Shown one piece after another: positions 34,223-39,320 of a DNA stretch of 39,320 nucleotides. Both the position numbers and the translations under genes were made by a program. Source of the stretch: Candidatus Aenigmatarchaeota archaeon (lineage in GTDB: Archaea > Aenigmatarchaeota > Aenigmatarchaeia > QMZP01); assembly GCA_003663415.1 (NCBI GenBank), contig QMZY01000001.1, positions 1-39,320 on the forward strand, written 5' to 3'. Positions within the stretch are counted from its first letter, which is position 1. Each line of letters begins with the position of its first letter. The notes beneath the pieces were generated by a model. It saw only the letters and a list, made by a program, of their open reading frames with translations, was not told the DNA's origin and did no database searches.

Positions 34223-35629
34223 TTATATTAATCCAAAAAACATCGCAACCCCGAGCAAAAACATTATTATGCCCGCTATAAAGTGCAAATACCTTATATT
34301 CTTCTCTTTCCAGCCCGAAACATCTTCTACCTTAGTTATTCCAAAATAAACAACCAAGGTTATTATTATCATAGGCAGAACAAATATAAAATTATAAATT
34401 AGCAACCAAGGAAGCGTTTCAAGGATATCCAGTGCAGAAAGAATACCGCCTGCAATAACATAAGGCCCTATAGTGCAGGGAAGCAGAAAAAGGGTAACAA
34501 AAACCCCTATAACAAAAGCACCGGCAGGGCTTGTTATTTTATTAATAAGTTGTTTTACTTTTGGCCTTAATGCTACAGGCATTTCAGTAAGAAAACCACC
34601 CGGTTTATACCGCAGAAAATCCTTTATATTCAATACACCCAAAACAACAGCAAAAACCGCGAGAGCTTTGTAAAGAAAAAGCCTTACAGAAGTGAGTGTC
34701 TGGATTACCTGAAAAAACTTTATTATAACCAAACCGTACACTAAATACAAACACAAAACAGAAAATGTAAACGCGAGACCGGCGAATAAAACATTCCTTT
34801 TCTTTTTCGGATTATATGTAAGAATTGCTATTAAAATCAGAGTTAAAACAGCCAAGGCGCACGGATTAACAGAATCAACCAAAGCCAGAGATATTATTTT
34901 TCCAAGGGTTAGGGTATGTTTTGTTGGGATTTTTCCATTTTCTTTTTGCGTTTTGTTTCCAGTCAAGTTGTTTTTATTTTTCTGAACACCTTCACCATTC
35001 CACTCAAATATCCAGTTACCGATCTTTACGGCATGCTGAAATCTTATTTCGCCGCCAGATATCGGAGCAGGAACAGGATCGGTAATCTCGTATTCTGTAT
35101 CCTTAAGAACACTTGTTATGTTTTTGGTTAACAGGTCTCTTAAAATACTGTTTGAAACGTTTCCATCTCCATATTTAATCAGAATCCTTTCTTTGCTCCA
35201 TATTTTCGGCGACCCGGGAAGGGAATTAATATCAGTTTCTCCGAATGGTTTCTTTCCGTCCAAGAGCGGGCAGTCATTTGACTGAACAGAAGAAAGAGAA
35301 TTTCTTATATTCTTTAAGATAGGAGTATCGCCGATAATCCTAAAACTCTCATTAAATATTATCAGGGGTATGCCAAGGCCTGATTTGTATTTGGAGTCAT
35401 AAGACAGCATAAGGTTCGCATTTCTTTCCCTTTCCTGATATATTTCATACTCTATCAAAACAAAATCTGGATATTCATTTGGTAATTCTCCCAGAAGAAC
35501 AGGGTCTGTTTTTGCACAGTGAGGGCATCCTATACCCGTGAAATAAACCGCACATATTGTTCCCTTTGCTTGCACTGCTGGCAAAACCAAAAACAAACTC
35601 GCAAACAGCAAACACAACAGTTTTTTCAT
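34223..35629 (-). CDS. Fusion protein: secreted thioredoxin-fold domain (CPHC) plus CcdA/DsbD-type membrane domain
   Basis: Start at MKKLLCLLFASLF (signal peptide). Trx-like YFTGIGCPHCAKTDP. The C-terminal six-TM domain carries the two DsbD-family Cys motifs (VDSVNPCALAVL and FLLPCTIGPY). Confidence 0.75.
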   Translation of the reverse strand: MKKLLCLLFASLFLVLPAVQAKGTICAVYFTGIGCPHCAKTDPVLLGELPNEYPDFVLIEYEIYQERERNANLMLSYDSKYKSGLGIPLIIFNESFRIIGDTPILKNIRNSLSSVQSNDCPLLDGKKPFGETDINSLPGSPKIWSKERILIKYGDGNVSNSILRDLLTKNITSVLKDTEYEITDPVPAPISGGEIRFQHAVKIGNWIFEWNGEGVQKNKNNLTGNKTQKENGKIPTKHTLTLGKIISLALVDSVNPCALAVLTLILIAILTYNPKKKRNVLFAGLAFTFSVLCLYLVYGLVIIKFFQVIQTLTSVRLFLYKALAVFAVVLGVLNIKDFLRYKPGGFLTEMPVALRPKVKQLINKITSPAGAFVIGVFVTLFLLPCTIGPYVIAGGILSALDILETLPWLLIYNFIFVLPMIIITLVVYFGITKVEDVSGWKEKNIRYLHFIAGIIMFLLGVAMFFGLI

Positions 35630-35662
35630 ATCCAATAATTTACTGAAACTATATATAAAAAT

Positions 35663-35683
35663 TGGTTTCAAAAAATGAAACCA
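35663..35683. promoter_or_regulatory. Perfect inverted repeat TGGTTTCA-N5-TGAAACCA between divergent TATA boxes
   Basis: The 8-bp arms are perfectly complementary. The repeat is centred between the TATA-like 35649-35661 (minus gene) and 35697-35709 (plus gene). Confidence 0.35.
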
Positions 35684-35727
35684 TTGCAAAATCATCATAT
35701 TTTAATAAACCAAAACATATTAATAAT

Positions 35728-37101
35728 ATGAAAAAAATCTTGTGCTTATCGTTTGCTTTCATTTATATGTTCCTTTCCACAGTCAGCGCTGTAAGAATTG
35801 CAGACAACATCAAGTTCACTGTTTCTCCTAACAAAACCCGCTCTCTGGACATAATCCTTCCTGATGATTTTGATCTCGTACCGCAGACTACAGACTATTT
35901 CATAACCCTTTTTACAAACTGGACAGGAGTTGATTTAACAGAGCAGACAGTAACAACAAACATAAACAACACCGTGAAGATTCCAATAAACTTTCCCGGG
36001 TTCAGAAAACAAGAAGGTTACTGCTCATCCTATACAATTACCATAGAAACATCTCAGAGAGCAAGACAATGGGAAGGCAAAGTGTGCGTTTCAAAATATA
36101 ACGATGTTGACACCAGTATTGAGGAACGCACTGATTCTTTTGACATTGGTTTTTACAAAAAATACATATTTTCAAAACCCGGTGAAGAAAGGAATTTAAC
36201 ACTTTTTGTTTTGTCAAGTCTAAACACAACAATTGAATTGTTTGTAAAAGACACCGGTTTGAATATAAAACCTGTTTCTACCTCTTTCCCTGTTTTCAAA
36301 AACCGGAGAAAAACCATAAATTTTACAGTGAAACCACCAGAAAAAAGCGGAACATATCCAATAGAAGTAACAGGAAAAATAAGAAATTGTAACGAGGTCT
36401 CATGTATAAAACAGGCAACCACATATCTTAAAATAGGTAATAAACCAAACGCAAGCTTTACCGTTGACATTTTTCCAACAAACTTGGACACAAAAGCGGG
36501 CGAAAAAATAGAATACATGCTCACCATTCACAACTATGGGCCAGATGCGTTTTTTTCTGTTTATTTAAACCTTCCATCAGGAATAGAAACCACATTTTTA
36601 AACAAAATAATAGAGATTCCTCAAGCAAGCGAAAAAACCATAAACTTTACGCTGATTCCAAAAAAACCAGAAACTTTTTATGAAATAAAGGCAGGAGCCG
36701 TTTCAAAGGGAATAGACAAATACGTAACAGCGTGCATCACAACAGACGAAATGGTGACTGATTTGTTAAGAGGCATGGAAGGTATTGAAAACGGAAAAGG
36801 AAAACAGGAAATGAAAGAAAAATTTAACAAATGGTATTCTGACTATAATAAAACAGGGTATATGAATTCCTTAAAAGAATATTCTGACCTTAATGACTTA
36901 ATCCAGAAGTCAAAAACCCAAAAACCCAAAAACCAAACCAAACCAAACCAATTACCACAAAAAACAAATACACAGAAAAAGGAAACAGCAGACTATTTAT
37001 GGATAATACTGCTTGTTTCAGCGCTTGCTGGTATTTTGTTTGTTTTATTTATCGTATATAAATTCACAAGAAAGGAAGAAGATGAATGGGAATATCAGTA
37101 A
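35728..37101 (+). CDS. Secreted, C-terminally anchored surface protein (CARDB/COG1361-like repeats)
   Basis: Start at MKKILCLSFAFIYMFLSTVSA. Many N-x-S/T sequons, a Ig-like repeat signature (HNYGPDAFFSVYLNLPSGIE) and a basic/Q-rich linker (KPKNQTKPNQLPQKTNTQKKE). One TM helix and an acidic-aromatic tail EEDEWEYQ. Confidence 0.5.
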   Translation: MKKILCLSFAFIYMFLSTVSAVRIADNIKFTVSPNKTRSLDIILPDDFDLVPQTTDYFITLFTNWTGVDLTEQTVTTNINNTVKIPINFPGFRKQEGYCSSYTITIETSQRARQWEGKVCVSKYNDVDTSIEERTDSFDIGFYKKYIFSKPGEERNLTLFVLSSLNTTIELFVKDTGLNIKPVSTSFPVFKNRRKTINFTVKPPEKSGTYPIEVTGKIRNCNEVSCIKQATTYLKIGNKPNASFTVDIFPTNLDTKAGEKIEYMLTIHNYGPDAFFSVYLNLPSGIETTFLNKIIEIPQASEKTINFTLIPKKPETFYEIKAGAVSKGIDKYVTACITTDEMVTDLLRGMEGIENGKGKQEMKEKFNKWYSDYNKTGYMNSLKEYSDLNDLIQKSKTQKPKNQTKPNQLPQKTNTQKKETADYLWIILLVSALAGILFVLFIVYKFTRKEEDEWEYQ

Positions 37102-38789
37102 AAATCCTCGTCACTAAACTCTTCTTCAAGTTCTTCTTCTGTTGGTTTTTTACCTTTGAAGAATTTTGTGTATGCAAACCATCCAACAAGACCAATAACC
37201 ACCAAAACAACTATTATTATTAATGTGTAATCTCCACCTTCTGTACTCCCTGTCGTTCCTGACCACATACAGCAAACACCGACATTACCAGAACTTGTTG
37301 TGCAGGTTTTTCCAGTTGAAACCCATCCCTCTTCGCAACTCACAGCGCACACTTCGCCTGAACTACAACCAGATGAGGACTGGCATATATGGTCAGAACA
37401 AACCTCTCCAGCACTGCAATCATAATCGCTGCAGCAATCCCCTTCAACGCACACACCTGAACAGCAAATACCTTTGCTGCAGGAAGTTCCATCGCTCTTA
37501 TCTGCACATTCATTATCAGCAGAGGTTTTGCAACAAACACCATTTTCCCCGTTTATTGTGCATTTATAATAAGTGTATATAGTGTTTTCAGGGCACGCTG
37601 ACTCATTTTCTCCGGGATAGCACATCCCTTCCAAACAATTTACATCTGTTTGCGAAACACATCTGTAATTTGAGCACTTGGCATTACCGCAATCCAAATC
37701 ATTGCAGCATTCTGCTTTTATCCTGCAAACACCTGAACAGCATATCCCACCCAAACAATATTCACCGTCGCTTTTTCCTTCACAAGAAGTTGGGTCCTGA
37801 TATCCCATAACAGTAATCTTTATGTCAGCTGGTATATTCATAATAAAATCAGAGCCTGTTTTCAGTTTCAAGTCAGTTTTAATTTCCATGCTGCTTTCTA
37901 TTCCATTCAAACTAACTGTCATATATGTTGTTTCCATTGGGTCTAAAGATGTTTTCTCTAAATCAACACTCAAATACTTTTTCAGTTCATCCGGAACCTC
38001 TACCACAAGATTTGTAAAGTTCTGGTCCCCTGTGTTTTTTATCTTAAATCTTGTTATCTCGTAGTGCTGCCCTTTGTCAATTACTGCTGAGAACTCAATC
38101 CTATCAGCTGTCAGCTCACTGCTTCCCTCTTCATTAACACCCACGTTCACTTTCACAACCCCGCCGCCAAAATCATCAGTGGAGTTAGCCTTAAACGCAA
38201 TATAATAGATGTCTTCAGAAAGAGAAAGATTTGCTGTGTATCCTAATATTTCTGTTTTGTATTCCATTTCACCGTTTTTTAATAAATTCAGGTCTTTTTT
38301 ATACACCTCGTACTCGACTCCGTTTACAGGTCCGCTTGCCCATACAACAATATACACCTTATTTCCTGTTACAGTAACTTGCGGTGTTAAAACTATGCCG
38401 CCAACATTTACATTCAATGTTTTGTTTTCCATATGTCCGTTCTGATTGACAGCTTCTGTTTTCATTTCATACGGATACCCAAACGTTGGTAACGGAAAAG
38501 GAGAAGGTCCGCATGTGCTTGAAGGGTCTGTATTAGAAAAATAACAGATCCATTTATCTTTAACCTTAGGGACAAGTCCATACTGCGGCGGCATAACACC
38601 AGGAACATTCCAGGAAACCCTGATAGACTCAGATGGTGAATAATCAGCGTTCACAACCATTAAAAAACTTGAATTCACAGAAATCCGGTCAGGTATAAAA
38701 CCCAATTCCAAATTACTCAAACCATACGCTTGCGAAGGCAAAAACACGAAAAACAAACCCATCAAAATGAACAGATACTGTTTTTTCAT
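37095..38789 (-). CDS. Secreted, C-terminally anchored surface protein with tandem Cys-rich modules
   Basis: Start taken at MKKQYLFILMGLFFVFLPSQAYG. N-terminal beta-rich domains, then 32 Cys in about 170 aa (nt 37269-37784). One TM helix and an acidic-aromatic tail EEELEEEFSDEDFY. Confidence 0.55.
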   Translation of the reverse strand: MKKQYLFILMGLFFVFLPSQAYGLSNLELGFIPDRISVNSSFLMVVNADYSPSESIRVSWNVPGVMPPQYGLVPKVKDKWICYFSNTDPSSTCGPSPFPLPTFGYPYEMKTEAVNQNGHMENKTLNVNVGGIVLTPQVTVTGNKVYIVVWASGPVNGVEYEVYKKDLNLLKNGEMEYKTEILGYTANLSLSEDIYYIAFKANSTDDFGGGVVKVNVGVNEEGSSELTADRIEFSAVIDKGQHYEITRFKIKNTGDQNFTNLVVEVPDELKKYLSVDLEKTSLDPMETTYMTVSLNGIESSMEIKTDLKLKTGSDFIMNIPADIKITVMGYQDPTSCEGKSDGEYCLGGICCSGVCRIKAECCNDLDCGNAKCSNYRCVSQTDVNCLEGMCYPGENESACPENTIYTYYKCTINGENGVCCKTSADNECADKSDGTSCSKGICCSGVCVEGDCCSDYDCSAGEVCSDHICQSSSGCSSGEVCAVSCEEGWVSTGKTCTTSSGNVGVCCMWSGTTGSTEGGDYTLIIIVVLVVIGLVGWFAYTKFFKGKKPTEEELEEEFSDEDFY

Positions 38790-38911
38790 ATTATTTATTT
38801 TGTTTTGCATATTATATAAATTAGGCTTATAGGCTTTATTCTGAGCGTGTCTAATTAGATACACTCTTTAAAGGCGTAAAATATTTAAACCAAAAAATTA
38901 TTGATGGATAT

Positions 38912-39320
38912 ATGAAGGTTTTTAATAAAAAGCATTTTTTGATTTTAAGTCTGGGTTTAGTTCTAATACTTTCAGGTTTTGTGATGGTTCAGGGAGGGGA
39001 TTCTCAAGCATATCTTTTATCACCAAATGTTATTTTCATTCCAAACAACAACTATAAGGTTCTTCTTACAGTTTATGACACCGATGGAACAGAAAACATA
39101 ACCAAGGTAAACATAACATTACCGAATGGTTTTTTGTTTGTCCCAAATTCCAACTGGACATCTGCAAGCGATACAAATTTTTCAAACACATCTATTAATC
39201 CTATTAATCTAACATGGGAAAACACAACTGACAATGGTTTTATCGAATCTCAGGGGAACAACCATACATTTTCCTTTAATGTCAGCATTCCGGATTCACC
39301 TGGAAATTACAATTTTATAG
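38912..39320 (+). CDS. Secreted protein, 5' partial (runs off the window end)
   Basis: ATG at 38912. MKVFNKKHFLILSLGLVLILSGFVMVQG signal/anchor, followed by an N-x-S/T-rich sequence. The frame is open to 39320. Not in the ORF track because no stop is reached. Confidence 0.45.
   Translation, partial: MKVFNKKHFLILSLGLVLILSGFVMVQGGDSQAYLLSPNVIFIPNNNYKVLLTVYDTDGTENITKVNITLPNGFLFVPNSNWTSASDTNFSNTSINPINLTWENTTDNGFIESQGNNHTFSFNVSIPDSPGNYNFI

Noticed and set aside
37223-37582. A 119-aa plus-strand ORF and a 67-aa minus-strand out-of-frame ORF within the Cys-rich region.
   Set aside because: Both are antisense or alternative-frame ORFs inside a gene with clear modular repeat structure. Their translations are low-complexity.
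38790-38864. A 25-codon N-terminal extension (MYLIRHAQNKAYKPNLYNMQNKINN) of the Cys-rich surface protein.
   Set aside because: The signal peptide begins at MKKQYLF (38789), and the extension lies in an AT-rich promoter-like spacer. The alternative Met at 38810 cannot be excluded.
1-39320. A search for CRISPR arrays, IS elements or transposases, integrases, toxin-antitoxin pairs and known defence genes.
   Set aside because: No direct-repeat/spacer array, no transposase- or integrase-like ORF and no recognisable defence domains were seen. The only repeated element is the hairpin pair inside the tRNA intron.

Overview
This is an AT-rich, tightly packed archaeal chromosome segment. The ribosomal and translation proteins are archaeal types (S4e, L30e, S15/S13e, aEF-1beta, aIF1/SUI1, RpoD, Rpp29). 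The small-genome, DPANN-like affiliation is inference only. Contents from left to right: scpA/scpB; class II lysS; an orphan porB-like gene preceded by a coupled 48-codon ORF; a Nudix gene with no canonical start; ribL; two unlisted small ORFs; a membrane protein; thrC; and S15. Next comes a long minus-strand ribosomal/transcription gene array (16587 down to 7610) that splices three canonical archaeal clusters together, with a divergent L4-L23-L3 block beside it. After that: DUF3467 and DUF763 genes; a roughly 200-nt GC-rich intergenic island (candidate structured RNA); and a type IV pilus locus with a coiled-coil protein, 3 pilin-like genes, a FlaI/PilB-type ATPase and two single-domain FlaJ/TadBC-like genes. 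Then dolichol-kinase-like, ATP-grasp and MscS genes, a weakly FGase-like protein and a pentapeptide-repeat protein. The strongest hidden feature is a tRNA-Arg(UCU) gene on the minus strand (30924-31252). It only folds after removing two inserts: a 42-nt intron at 37/38 and an unusually long 214-nt intron at 59/60 in the T-loop, and its 3' end lies 3 nt from the pentapeptide CDS start. Downstream are a Zn-ribbon gene plus aEF-1beta, then a minus-strand operon (DsbA-like/CcdA fusion, ABC ATPase without a permease, COG1361-type surface protein, rhomboid protease). This operon faces three secreted, anchored surface proteins, one carrying 32 Cys in tandem cystine-knot-like modules. I saw no CRISPR array, transposase, integrase or recognisable defence gene. 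Most plus-strand ORFs across the ribosomal block are antisense shadows.
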